Origin: Leucoraja erinacea
Lineage: Eukaryota
Reading direction: 5' to 3'
Length of the DNA: 64,000 nucleotides
Assembly: GCF_028641065.1 (NCBI RefSeq)
Contig: NC_073391.1
Coordinates: 45,880,001-45,944,000 of the forward strand
This document shows, one piece after another, positions 1-11,946 of the stretch; within the stretch, counting starts at the first letter, position 1; the number at the start of each line of letters is the position of its first letter. A model generated the notes under the pieces. It made no database searches. It saw only the letters and a list, made by a program, of their open reading frames with translations, and was not told the DNA's origin. A program made the translations under genes and the position numbers.

Positions 1-2
1 AA

Positions 3-728
3 CACCAGCGGATTCACACCGGGGAGAGGCCGTTCACCTGCTCCGAGTGCGGCAAGGGATTCACTCAATTATCTATACTGCAGAAGCACCGGCGGCTTCA
101 CACTGGGGAGAAGCCATTCACCTGCTCTCAGTGTGGGAAGGGATTCGTTGACTCACCTGCTTTGCAGATACACCAGAGAGTTCATACGGGGGAGCGACCA
201 TTCACCTGTTCTGAGTGTGGGAAGGGATTCACTCAATCGTCGACTTTACTGGGGCATCTGAAGATTCACACGGGAGAGAAGCCATTCACCTGCTCCGAAT
301 GCGGGAAGGGATTCACTCAAGCCGGCAACCTGAAGAGGCACGAGCGGATTCACACCGGGGAGAAGCCGTTCACCTGCTCTGAGTGCGGGAAGGGATTCAC
401 TCATTCATCGGCGGTATTGAGACACCAGAGAACTCACACTGGGGAGAGGCCATTCGTCTGCTCTGATTGTGGCAAGGGATTCACTCAATTGTCCAGCATG
501 TTAATACATCAGCGCATTCACACTGGAGAGAGGCCGTTCACCTGCTCTGAGTGCGGGAAGGGCTTCATTCATTCATCGGCGTTACTGAGACACCAGAGAA
601 TTCACACTGGGGAGAGGCCGTTCACCTGCTCTGATTGTGGGAAAGAATTCAGACAATCTCACACCCTGAAGATCCACCAGCGAGTTCACGCTGTGGAGAA
701 ATCATTTGCCTCTCCCAACTGTGGGTAG
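3..728 (+). CDS. C2H2 ZNF gene A, 3' part (5' end outside window)
   Basis: Open frame from position 3 with repeated CxxC-x12-HxxxH fingers and TGE(R/K)PF linkers; ends ..FASPNCG-TAG. Confidence 0.85.
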   Translation, partial: HQRIHTGERPFTCSECGKGFTQLSILQKHRRLHTGEKPFTCSQCGKGFVDSPALQIHQRVHTGERPFTCSECGKGFTQSSTLLGHLKIHTGEKPFTCSECGKGFTQAGNLKRHERIHTGEKPFTCSECGKGFTHSSAVLRHQRTHTGERPFVCSDCGKGFTQLSSMLIHQRIHTGERPFTCSECGKGFIHSSALLRHQRIHTGERPFTCSDCGKEFRQSHTLKIHQRVHAVEKSFASPNCG

Positions 729-1342
729 GGCTGCACTGATAACGTTCAAATTGGTGACCCACCATAGAATTCACACTGGGGAGAGTGGCATTCACCTGTC
801 TACTGTGTGGCAAGGGATTCACTTGATTATCTGAGCAGTTCACACACCAGCTCGTTCACGATTGGGGAGGGGGTGAGGGGGGTAGTGGAGTTTAATGAAG
901 TGTTTGATTTGGTGTTTAGCCATTGCCCAGGGGCGCAGTTGGGATTTGTTCTGCAATTGTTTGTAATGCCTATAACTGCTAGAATTTAATGTCTTGGATC
1001 TGTGACAAATAAATTGTTAACCCTGTATCTCTCTGCATGGCGATGTATATAGAGAGGTCATTCGGTCTTTCCCCTCTGATGATTCTTATGGATTATTCTT
1101 GTGTTTCTTCTTCCTTTGTTTAGTCCGGGAAGGGTGGGTGAAAACTGTCTTTGGTTAATGAGTCTGATAGTTCAAATGTAGCTGTATCTCTAAACTAAGC
1201 TCTCCCTCCACACCCAGTCATCTGCCCTGAGCATCAAGTGGGGTGAACCATCATCGAGCTCGCCATCATCAGATGTAACTGTCCCAGTCAGCGCATGCGC
1301 ATGATTGCTCAGTGACGGCTTGACTGCTTTCAGGTTCTGGGT

Positions 1343-1901
1343 AAACATAGAAACATAGAAATTAGGTGCAGGAGTAGGCCATTCGGCCCTTCGAGCATGC
1401 ACCGCCATTCAATATGATCATGGCTGATCATCTAACTCAGTATCCTGTACCTGCCTTCTCTCCATACCCCCTGATCCCCTTAGCCACAAGGGCCACATCT
1501 AACTCCCTCTTAAATATAGCCAATGAACTGTGCCTCGACTACCCTCTGTGGCAGAGAGTTCCAGAGATTCACCACTCTCTGTGTGAAAAAAGTTCTCATC
1601 TCGGTTTAAAGGATTTCCCCCTTATCCTTAAGCTGTGACCCCTTGTCCTGGACTTCCCTAACATCGGGAACAATCTTCCTGCATCTAGCCTGTCCAACCC
1701 CTTAAGAATTTTGTAAGTTTCTATAAGATCCCCTCTCAATCTCCTAAATTCTAGAGAGTATAAACCAAGTCTATCCAGTCTTTCTTCATAAGACAGTCCT
1801 GACATCCCAGGAATCAGTCTGGTGAACCGTCTCTGCACTCCCTCTATGGCAATAATGTCCTTCCTCAGATTTGGAGACCAAAACTGTACGCAATACTCCA
1901 G
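1343..1901 (-). mobile_element. CR1 LINE 3' fragment
   Basis: Minus ORF YLEYCVQFWSP..LERRRLRGDLI-like CR1 ORF2 C-terminus, repeat tail (CTATGTTT)n, flanking GGTAAA duplication. Confidence 0.9.
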
Positions 1902-1949
1902 GTAAAGATGGGAGTCCATGAGTATCACACCGACCCTTCCCTGCCACAA

Positions 1950-2750
1950 ACGCTGAGCATGTTTGGAACCGCAAACACGAATTGCCTTGCTGACCCACCA
2001 GTGGATTCACACCGGCGAGAGACCATTCGCCTGCTCTGAGTGTGGGAAGGGATTTATACGTTTATCTCGGCTGCAGTCACACCAGCGACTTCACACTGGG
2101 GAGAGGCCGTTCACCTGTCTAGAGTGTAGGGAGGGATTTATTCATTCATCTCAGCTACAGTCGCACCAGTAGTTCACACTGGGGCGAGGTAATTCACCTG
2201 TTCTGTGTGTGGGAAAAAATGTACTCAATTATCTGGGCTGCAGGCACACCAGCGGATTCATACTGGGGAGAAGCCATTCGCTTGCTCTTTGTGTGGGAAG
2301 GGATTCACTCAATCCTCCAGCCTATTGACCCACCAGCGAATTCACACTGGGAAGAAGCCATTCATTTGTTTAGTGTGTGGTAAGGGATTTATACAATCGA
2401 TTCAGCTACAGACACATCAGCTGGGAACTCACACTGGGGAGAGGCGTGGGAATGTGCTTTACAGAGCCACCTCCGAATTCACAGCAGGGAGAAGCCATTC
2501 ACCTGTCTTGAGTGTGGAAGCAGTTTATCCAATTTTCCAAACGACAGTCACACCAACGAATGTACACTTGGGGGAAGCCATTCACCTGCTCATAGTGTGG
2601 GAAGGGATTTCTACACTTATCTCGGCTACAAACACACCAGCTAATTCACACTGGAGAGAGAGGCCGTTCACGTGTTTTGTGTGTGGGGAGGAACTCACTC
2701 AATCTTCCCATCTGGTGACCCATCAGCAAGTTCCTACGGGGGGAAAAGTT
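1950..2750 (+). pseudogene. Degraded C2H2 ZNF pseudogene B
   Basis: Finger repeats broken by a stop at ~2170 and frameshifts. Confidence 0.8.
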
Positions 2751-3399
2751 AAGCTATCTGTGTGCTTAACCATCACATTGGCTGAATCGAGTTTCAAGTG
2801 ACTGCAGTTGTTGGGCAATAAGTTGCTGAATCTTTAAATAAGCCCAGTTCGCTGTTTAAATAAGCTGTGTGCACAGTTGCTGAATCTAGTTGCAAGTCCA
2901 CATGTGGCTGCTGGTGTTGGACTCTGGCTTCTGCTGATGTTAGTAACTCGTATAATGGGGCTGGGGTTTAATATCCCGGGTCTGTGATAAATAAATGAGT
3001 TCTGTTGTAAACCAACCAAGTGTCTCAGGTTTATGCCTCATTTGGACCAGCTGTGGTCGGCGCCACTGTTTCTGCTCTGCATCAGCTGACCCTCAGTCAA
3101 GAGTGTTTTAATGTCATGCGACCTGGTAGACCTGTTAAACAAATAGTTTAGAAATATAGAAAAATAGGTCTAAGTGTAGGCCATTCTCCCTTTTAAGCCA
3201 GCACTGCCGTTCAATGCGATCATGGATGATCATCTAAAATCAATCCTGCTTTTGCCCCATATCCCTTAGATTCCCTAAGAGCTAAATCTAATCTCCGGCA
3301 CTTGTGAGTGCAATGATTTTCACAAGTATTCCACCACATCGTTTGTGCGAGGTTGTTGAGTTGAATTGACTGCAGACGCTCCACCTAAAAGTTAGCCTC

Positions 3400-3671
3400 T
3401 GGGCAACGCTGAACCGGCGATTTCAGGTCATTTCCATGGCGCTCGTTTTACCCAGAAGCCTCCGCGCTCCAGAACTCGCCCTACCCGCCACCGATCCTCC
3501 GGAGTCTTTTGTCCACGGACCGCATGCGCTTGGCCGCAACACTTCCGGGGCTCTCCGCGCCTGCGCGCTTGGTATCGCCTGCAACATAGGGCAAGTTCTC
3601 TGGCGCGATGGTTTCTGGGTAAAGGGGGCGCCATGGAAATTACCTGAAATCACCGGCTGCAATTCCCCAGT
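3400..3671. promoter_or_regulatory. Two ZNF promoter modules fused in inverted orientation
   Basis: 3400-3483 is the + strand head of the cluster promoter; 3481-3671 is a minus-strand copy reaching the exon-1 donor. Confidence 0.75.
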
Positions 3672-4102
3672 TTCCATGTACGAACTCCGGCGACAATTTA
3701 ACGCAGCAAGCTCCGACAAGAGATATATTTAATTATATTTGAAAATCACAACACTTGCAGGGGTTGGAAATTTGAAATAAAATTGTTACTGTAGTTCTGC
3801 AACAGTTGGTTCCTGAGGAATGTTTTCAGAAAACCACGTTGGTTCACCAAGCGGATTCAGAAACGAGAGCGTTTACCAGTCGCAGTTTCAAAGTCGTTTT
3901 TCCCACAGGACATAAAACAAAGATCTTTTTAACAGCTGAAAGCCAAATGGTTTGTAACAAACCCCAACCGTAGGATTTGACATTTCAGTTGTCACGTGTA
4001 CAGAGAAAGGCTTTTATTGCGAGTCATTCAATCAGCAGAAATACAATACATGATTACAATCGAGCCATTTACAGTGTATAGACACATAAGGGAATAACGT
4101 AC

Positions 4103-4516
4103 AGGGTGATTTCACGAAAGGTCACTGGAGCGTAGATCCGCACCCACGTGACCGAAAATCTCAAGTGGAGGACATGCTAGACATCCGGTACATGTTAGTG
4201 GATGGGAAAACACGCACTTTCCCACCCGTTAAAAACATAGAAAACGGCCAGGTTTTGATCTGCAATTTACTGTGCCAGTCGGGGTGACCGTAAGGCACAG
4301 CTACCTAGATTTACAGTCCAAAAAAAAGATAGAAACTAAGGTAAATTAAAGAGGGAGCTGAAGGTGCCAATCCAGCGGAAGTGAACAGCGGACATTTGCC
4401 ATGGAGATTTAAAGGTCCAAAATATCGGGAATTATCGCGTTTGCTCGCTGAATTTCATCAAAAGTAAGTCAATAATGCCTTACTTTTGATGAAATTCAGC
4501 GAGCAAACGCGATAAT
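4103..4516. mobile_element. Probable DNA-transposon fragment ending in a perfect 38-bp hairpin
   Basis: Non-coding; perfect inverted repeat 4431-4468 / 4479-4516; family not recognised. Confidence 0.35.
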
Positions 4517-4879
4517 GGATTGGCAGATGAATTGGAAGGGAACGGCATCTGGGGGACAGTGTTGGAATTGGTTGAGAAGATATTTAAGTAACAGGCAACA
4601 GTTTGTGAAGATAGGTGAGCATAAATCAACATGCTTGAATATTACGTTTGGAATAGGAGTACCTCAGGGGTCAGCATTAGGACCCAAATTGTTCATTCTG
4701 TATATAAATGACATATGTAGAGTATAAAAAATAATGAAATTTGTTTTATTTGCGGACGTTACTAAATATCTTTTGTTCTGGGGAGAATTTACAGCAGTTT
4801 TTACAGCAACTCCCCCCTGCAGAGAAGATCACATCAGAAATGAGAAAATTAAAAAAGTGGTTTGACATAAACAAATTAT

Positions 4880-5732
4880 ATAGAAACATAGAAAATAGGT
4901 GCAGGAGTAAGCCTATCTGCCCTTCGAACCTGCACCGCCATTCAATATGATCATGGCTGATCGTCCAACTCAGTTTCCTGTACCTGCCTTCTCTCCATAC
5001 CCCCTGATCCCTTTAGCCACAAGGGCCACATCTAACTCCCTTTTAAATATAGCCAATGAACTGGCCTCAACTACATTCTGTGGCAGAGAATTCCAGAGAT
5101 TCACCACTCTCTGTGTAAAAAATGTTATCCTCATCTCGGTCCTAAAAGATTTCCCCTTTATCCTTAAACTGTGACCCCTTGATCTGGACTTCCCCAACAT
5201 CGGGAACAATCTTCCTGCATCTAGCCTGTCTAACCCCTTAAGAATATTGTACATTTCTATAAGATCCCCCCTCAATCTTATAACCCTTGACACCCTTACT
5301 AATCAAGAGTCTGTCAATCTCCGCCTTAAAAATACCCAATGACTTGACCTCCACAGCCTTCTATGGCAGTGAATTACACAGATTCACCACCCGCTGATGA
5401 AATAAATTCTTCCTCAACTCTTTTCCAAAGGTGTGTCCTAATATTCTGATAGATCTGGGGCAGAAAATGAGCTGGGGGAAAAGGAGGCAGGGAGTGATTT
5501 TAATATTTGATGACAGGCACAGTCAGCACTTCAATTTCCCCTTTATCCTTAAACTGTGACCCCTTGTTCTGGACTTTCCCAACATCGGGAACAATCTTCC
5601 TGCATCTAGCCTGTCCAACCCCTTAAGAATTTTGTAAGTTTCTATAAGATCCCCCCTCAATCTTCTAAATTCTAGCGAGTACAAGCCGAGTCCTATCCAG
5701 TCTTTCTTCATATGAAAGTCCTGACATCCCAA
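4880..5732 (-). mobile_element. Nested CR1 3' fragments
   Basis: Minus ORFs LRGDLIE..TRGHSLRI..FFTQRVVNLWNSLP. Confidence 0.85.
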
Positions 5733-6038
5733 GAATATCATTACATTTGAACAAATCAAAAATTATGTTGTATAAACACTCAGGTACAAGTGAGGATAGA
5801 TGGTGTTGAAATAGAAATAGTACATGAAAATACATTTAGGTGGGATATTAAACCACAAAATCTGCTGGAAACCTCATATAAAACATGTGCGAGCAAAGCC
5901 GTCAAGGGGCATTACAGCCCTGGGAAGAACAAGGCACATTCTGAATCACAAAGCGCTGTACATTGTTTATTGTTCACTTGTACTGCCATATCTACGTGAC
6001 TGTGTGGAGGTGTGGTGTGGGGTAACACGTACAAAAGC

Positions 6039-6270
6039 GGCGGCTGGCGGCTGTCACTGGCTGACAGCGACGTCCGGCGGCTGTCACTCTACTCAACAAC
6101 GTACCTCGGTGACTGCCAATCACCACCACGCCCCCCGGACACTTATTATTATTTATTCAAATCGTTTGCTATGTCGCTCTTCAATGGAGATGCTAAATGC
6201 ATTTTGTTGTCTCTGTACTGTACACTGACAATGACAATTAAAATTGAATCTGAATCTGAATCTGAATCTG
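6039..6270 (+). mobile_element. Short non-autonomous retroposon with (GAATCT)n tail
   Basis: Interrupts the LINE; flanked by AAAAGC duplication; microsatellite tail. Confidence 0.6.
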
Positions 6271-6627
6271 AAAAGCACCCGACATCCATTATGCATAATG
6301 CAAAAAAAAGGGCTATAAGGATAGTTAACAATGTAGGATTTTGTGAACAACTCTCTGTTGTTAAAGTCAAAGGCCTTAAAGTTTATGGATCTAGTAGAAT
6401 TTAATACAGCACAAATAATGTATAAAGAAATAAATAATTTACTGCCAGGTAACAGGGGAAGGGTGGATTAAATAAGTGAATATTTCCTCCTACTCCTTTT
6501 CGAACATGTGAGATTTAATTTGTGATGTGTATGAGAAGTTATTCAATGTATAAGTTTATTGTTCATTTCATTTTATTGTTATTATGGCTTTGTTTTTAGC
6601 GTCTTTTTGTTTTACATGTTCAAAATA

Positions 6628-6737
6628 AAACGTTGCCTATCTCCTTCGCTCCATAGATGCTGCTGCACCTGCTGAGTTTCTCCAGCATTTTTGTGTACCT
6701 TCGATTTTCCGGCATCTGCAGTTCCTTCTTAAACACA
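6628..6737 (+). mobile_element. Penelope-like element terminal fragment
   Basis: Matches the 3' end of the GIY-YIG element at 44065-44665. Confidence 0.7.
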
Positions 6738-7148
6738 ATAGACAAAAATTGGTCTTTAAAAAGGAGGGTGGTTATAATTTGACAGGGAAGTTTAATTTAA
6801 AAAAACGTTGTGTTCGTACAACTATGAAGAGGATGTGTACTTCAACCTGTGCGGTGGAACTGTGGAATGATTTGGATGTGGAACTCAAGCAAAGCACAAA
6901 CATTACACAGTTTAAGAAGTGTAAACAGTTCTTTTCCAGAGGTATAAGAATAAGGAGGGTTGTGGTGACAGTTGTTTTAGTTTATTGACAGTGTGATATT
7001 TGCGTTGCGTGCGCGCATATGCGTGTATATATATATATATATATATATCTGTATATGTATATGTATATGTAGATGAGATAAAGTTTGTGAATTAATTTTT
7101 TGAGCAGCAGGGAAGGAGTGGAATAAATAAGTGTATACTTCCTCCTAA

Positions 7149-7525
7149 TAGAGGTTTTTAAAATGATGAGAGGGATAGACAGAGTTGACGTGGAAAAGCT
7201 TTTCCCACTTAGAGTAGGGAAGATTCAAACAAGGGGACATGACATGAGAATTAAGGGACTGAAGTTTAGGGGTAACATGAGGGGGAACTTCTTTACTCAG
7301 AGAGTGGTAGCTGTGTGCAATGAGCTTCCAGTGAAGGTGGTGGAGGCAGGTTCGTTTTTATCATTTAAAAATAAATTGGATAGTTATATGGAAGGGAAGG
7401 GAATGGAGGGTTATGGTCTGAGCGCAGGTATATGGGACTAGGGTAGATTATGTGTTTGGCACGGACTAGAAGGGTCGAGATGGCCTGTTTCCGTGCTGTA
7501 TTTGTTATATGTGTTATTATATGGT
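7149..7525 (+). mobile_element. CR1 3' fragment, second subfamily
   Basis: ORF MMRGIDRVD..TRGHD..FFTQRVVAV; GTTATAT-type tail. Confidence 0.85.
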
Positions 7526-7689
7526 TACTCCTTTTCGAACATGTAGATTTAATGTATTCAATGTTAATGTATAGGTTTATTGTTCATTTTATTTTATTGT
7601 TATTTTGGCTTTTTTTTTTTGTTTTACATGTTCAAAATAAAATATTACCAGCACTGTACTACTGCATACCCAGAACAGGAGAACTGCTT

Positions 7690-8862
7690 CTATCTGGTGT
7701 GAATTCTCTGGTGTCTCAATAACACAAACGATTCAACGAATCCTTTCCCACACTCAGAGCAGGTGTACGGCCTCTCCCCAGTGTGAATCCGGTGGTGTCT
7801 CCGTAGTGCAGATGTGTCGCTAAATCCCTTCCCACACTCAGAGCAGTGGTACGGCCTCTCCCCAGTGTGAATTCTCTGATGTCTCTGTACTGCAGCTAAG
7901 TTATTAAAGCCCTTCCCGCACACAGAGCAAATGAAGGGCCTCTCTCCGGTGTGAATTCTGTGATGGATCTGTAACGCAGCTAAGTTAGTAAACCCCGTCC
8001 CACACACAGAACAAGGGAACGGCCTCTCCCCAGTGTGAATCCGCTGGTGTACTTGTAGCTGAGATGGCTGCACAAATCCCTTCCCACACTCGGAGCAGAT
8101 GAACGGCCTCTCCCCGCTGTGCATCTGCTGGTGTCTCTGTATGCCAGATTGGTCAATAAATCCCTTTCCACACTCAGAACAAGTGAACGGCCTCTCGCCA
8201 GTGTGAATCCGCTGGTGTCTCTTCAGGTGAGATGACTGCATGAATCGCTGCCCACACTCAGAGCAGGTGAACGGCCTCTCCCCGCTGTGCTTCTGCTGGT
8301 GTCTCTGCAGCTCAGATATGTCACTAAATTCCTTCCCACACTCAGAACAAGTGAACGGCCTCTTTCTAGTGTGAATCCGCTGGTGTGACTTTAGGTGAGA
8401 TGACTGCGTAAATCCCTTCCCACACTCAGAGCAGGTGAACGGCCTCTCCATGATGTGAACCTGCTGGTGTTTCTGCAGCCCACACAATTAGGTAAACCCC
8501 TTCCCACACTCTGAACAGGTGAACGGCCGCTCCACGGTGTGAATCAGCTGATGTGTCTGTAGCCCAGATGATGCAGTAAACACCCGCCCACACATAGGAC
8601 AAGTGAATGGCTTCTCACCTGTGGCAATTCTCTGGTGTTCCTTCAGGTTGCTGGCCTGAGGGAATCCCTTCCCGCAATCAGGACTGGGAATTGGTTTCTC
8701 TTCAGCGTGAATTTGCTGTTGGTGACTCTTCAGGTTGTTTGCTTGAGTGAATCACTCCCCACAATCGGGACAGGGAAATGGTTTCTCCACAACGTGGTCT
8801 TGCAGGTGGGAAGATTGAGTGAATCCCAGCTCACTCTCAGAGCTAGTGAATAATGTCTCCAT
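7690..8862 (-). pseudogene. ZNF gene C, inactivated by in-frame stops
   Basis: ATG of METLF at 8862; in-frame TGA at 8754-8752 and TAA at 8490-8488; the rest of the array stays in frame. Confidence 0.85.
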
Positions 8863-9289
8863 GCTGCGGTATTTATGGTGCCTCGTCGGCTCAGCTGACA
8901 CAGTGAATCCCTCCCACGCGTTCAGGTGCAGGTTCACTCAAGGAGTTTGCGATTCCAGAGCATCAATATCCTCTGTTTGTTCTATCCTGCAAAAAAAAGG
9001 ATGACACCAAATTAACAGGCAAAGATCGGTGTTTCAGAGGAGGTAATTTTAGTCTCCACTGTGAATTGTGATATCAAACCATGACAGCGAGGCTGAAATT
9101 AAACTGGCCCAGTGCTGAAATAATTCAGTGGGTCAGGCAGCATCTCTTGGGAACGTGAATAGGTGATAATTGGATTCAGGGCCCTTCTTCTGATCTGATG
9201 CATTACTATAGCACTATGTGAATATTTTTGTAAAACAGCACCCGCAGTTTCGTTCATCTACTGATCAGACTCTCCGCTGGACAGGGTAC

Positions 9290-9430
9290 CCATGCTTGTA
9301 TTTCCAAACACGCTCTGTGGTGCAGCAGCAAAACGCTGGTGTGTTATCCATGGCCGCCCTGTTACCCACAATCCCCTGCGAGCCAGAAACAGGTCTATCC
9401 ATCACGATGCCAGCTGCCCCCAGCACCATC
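9290..9430 (+). promoter_or_regulatory. Inverted intronic promoter-like module of gene C
   Basis: TTACCCACAATCCCCTGCG at 9362-9380 matches the Staf/ZNF143 consensus YYWCCCRNMATSCMYYRCR at all 19 positions. Confidence 0.55.
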
Positions 9431-9889
9431 ACTGATCGGAAGGAAGAGAGGCAATTGTGAACCCCACATTTTCTTGATTATCGTTCCATTCATTTCTCCC
9501 GAGTCTATATCTCGTTCCCCTGACTCTGTAGAAAGGGCTCGACCATGGCTGTATGGTAATTCGAATTTCACTGCACCTTAATTGGTACACGCGAAAATAA
9601 ACAGATAACTGGACCTTTGAAGTACCGTCTATATCTCCAGTTCCCCCGACTCTGTAGAAAGGCTCGACCGAAACGTCGCCTATTTCTTTTCTCCAGAGAT
9701 GCTCTGGTGTGGGCAAGTTGGGCCGAAGGGCCTGTTTCCACACTGTATATCACTCTATGACTATGACTCTTTGCCGCACGACCCTCTGAGTTACACCAAC
9801 TTTATTTAATCTATCTCTGGAGAACATGGATAGACGACCTTTCGAGTCGGGACCTTTTTTTCTGACCGGCTGCGTTACTCCAGCACTTT

Positions 9890-10310
9890 GTGTCCTTTGT
9901 AGTGAGGCCGCACCCGCAGTTCCCTGTATCTACTGACCAGACTATCTAGGGGGCAGGGAATCCATGTTTACGCTTCCAAACGCGCTCGGCGGATCGGGAA
10001 GTAAATCTCCGGTGTGTTACCCATGGCCGGCACCGTCTCCAGGTGACGGGGCACCTGAGTGTTGACTGATCCTGCGCCCGACCCAAAGATCTTTGCCTTG
10101 CTCCGACCCGCCGCCGATCCTCCGGAGTGTTTTGTCCACGGACCGCATGTGTGCGCCTTGGCAGCACCGCTTCCGGGGTTCTCCGCGCCTGCGCGCTAGG
10201 TATCGCCTGCAACATAGGGCGAGTTCTGGGGCGCGGAGGTTTCTGGGTAAAGAGGGCGCCATGGACATGACCTGAAACCACCGGCTCAGCGTTCCCCAAA
10301 GGACAACAGC
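9890..10310 (-). promoter_or_regulatory. CpG promoter / exon 1 of gene C
   Basis: Cluster promoter repeat with SBS-like site, GCGCAGGCGC, CCGGAAG; donor GG|GTCGGA at 10107. Confidence 0.7.
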
Positions 10311-10879
10311 CACAACAGCCAGCGATGTGATGGATGTTTATGTAAATTATGTTGTGTCTTGGGTCTATGTGTTCGTAATGTATGGCTGCAGAAACGGCAT
10401 TTCGTTTGGACCTCAAGGGGTCCAAATGACAATTAAATGTATCTTGTCTTATCTTGTCTTGTCTTGTCCTTCTATGTGGGGAACAGTAACCTCTCGCAAC
10501 CGATGTGGTCGTTTGGTTGTGAACCTTATTACATTTAAAAGTGTCGAATTTCAGACTTATGAACCAATAACCGTTTTACCCTCCCGGAATAAACAGATAA
10601 AAGACTAAGAACATTCCAAAGTAGTCGAACAGAGGAGAACGACTGGCCGTGATCAGATGCGTTGAATGGCCAACCGAGGTATATTGTATGCAGAGAGTCC
10701 AAGAGCTCTTACAACAGAACTATTTTATTTGTCATTTGTCCAAGATATTAAATCCAGCCAAATTATAGGAAGTACAAACAACATAAGAAATGCCAAATGT
10801 GCCCAATGACCAGGGTTGAGTCGTCGTTGTGATGAACACCGCGATTAACCTAAGTCAGATTACCGAGCTCGTCAAAACT

Positions 10880-11200
10880 CCTGTAATAGCTTGAAGGTTC
10901 TCATCACACTCCCTTGGGACAGAAAATCCATGCTTGCGGTCACAAACACGCTCTGCGGTTCTGCAGCACATCGCGGGGTTGTTGGCCATGGCCGCCACTC
11001 TACCCACAATCCCCGGCGTGACAGAAACCGGTCCATGCGTCACCGTGCAGTCTGGCCGCCGCCAGCACCATTACTGACGGGCAGGAAACTCCACGGGGCC
11101 CGGGTGCGGAGGGAGAGGGGGAAGGGCCGGCACCGTCCCCAGGTGGCAGGACACCGTGTCCCCGAGGGCCGCACTGATTCTCTCCGCAGCCGGGACTTGA
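10880..11200 (+). promoter_or_regulatory. Orphan copy of the intronic module plus exon-1 flank, downstream of gene D
   Basis: CCATGGCCGCC..CTACCCACAATCCCCGGCG; homologous to 9290-9430. Confidence 0.5.
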
Positions 11201-11946
11201 TGCTGACTGATTTGCTCCTGTAACTCATGAACTCAGAAGAATGTGGAAGGAGCAGAAACAGTGGCATGGACCAGCTGGGCCGAATGGCCTCTCCACCAGC
11301 ATCGAGTGTGTTGCAGAGACAGAGACAAGGACCCGAGACACTGGGTTTACAATCAAACTCATTTATTTATCACAGACCCAGAATATTAAATCCCAGCTCA
11401 GATACAGCAATGACAATATCAAAGTCTTTCCTTTGAATTAATGTATACTTTATGTCACCTGTGACAAGTCACAGTTAAACGCTTTGCTTGCCTACCCAAG
11501 GACCCTCACTTATTCTCTCCCCCACCCCTCATGGCGGTCCCCCCACACCAGGTCCTCCTTTTCTTCACCCCCCCCCCCTTTTATGCCTTGCAGTGCATCA
11601 TCCGGCTCTCCCATGTGGCCCATCCACGACTGCCAGAGCCCGCGAGGCTTCACCCCATGTAAAAGCTTTTCACTGTACCTCAGTACACGTGACAAAAACA
11701 ATAAAATAAACTTAAAACCCCAACTGAGCCCAGTGACCAAGATTCAGTCCTAGACGTGATGAGCAGCAGCAGAAACCACAGACTCCAACAGCAGCAGACA
11801 CTTGTAGACTTGCAACCTGAACTTGCAACCAGATTCAGCAACCCCCCTCCCCACCACTGCCTTCCCCCAGTGTGCTCACACATGAGGGTCACCAGGTTGG
11901 GAGACAGAGTGAATCCCTTCCCACACACAGAACAGGTGAACGGCCT

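Larger units (their letters stand above)
4517..7645 (+). mobile_element. Fragmented L2-group (Crack-like) LINE with nested insertions
   Basis: RT remnants YLSNRQQFV..GVPQGSALGPKLFILYIND, KWFDINKL, WKPHIKHV..LPYL..CVEVW; 3' end present twice (6455-6630, 7105-7645). Confidence 0.7.
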
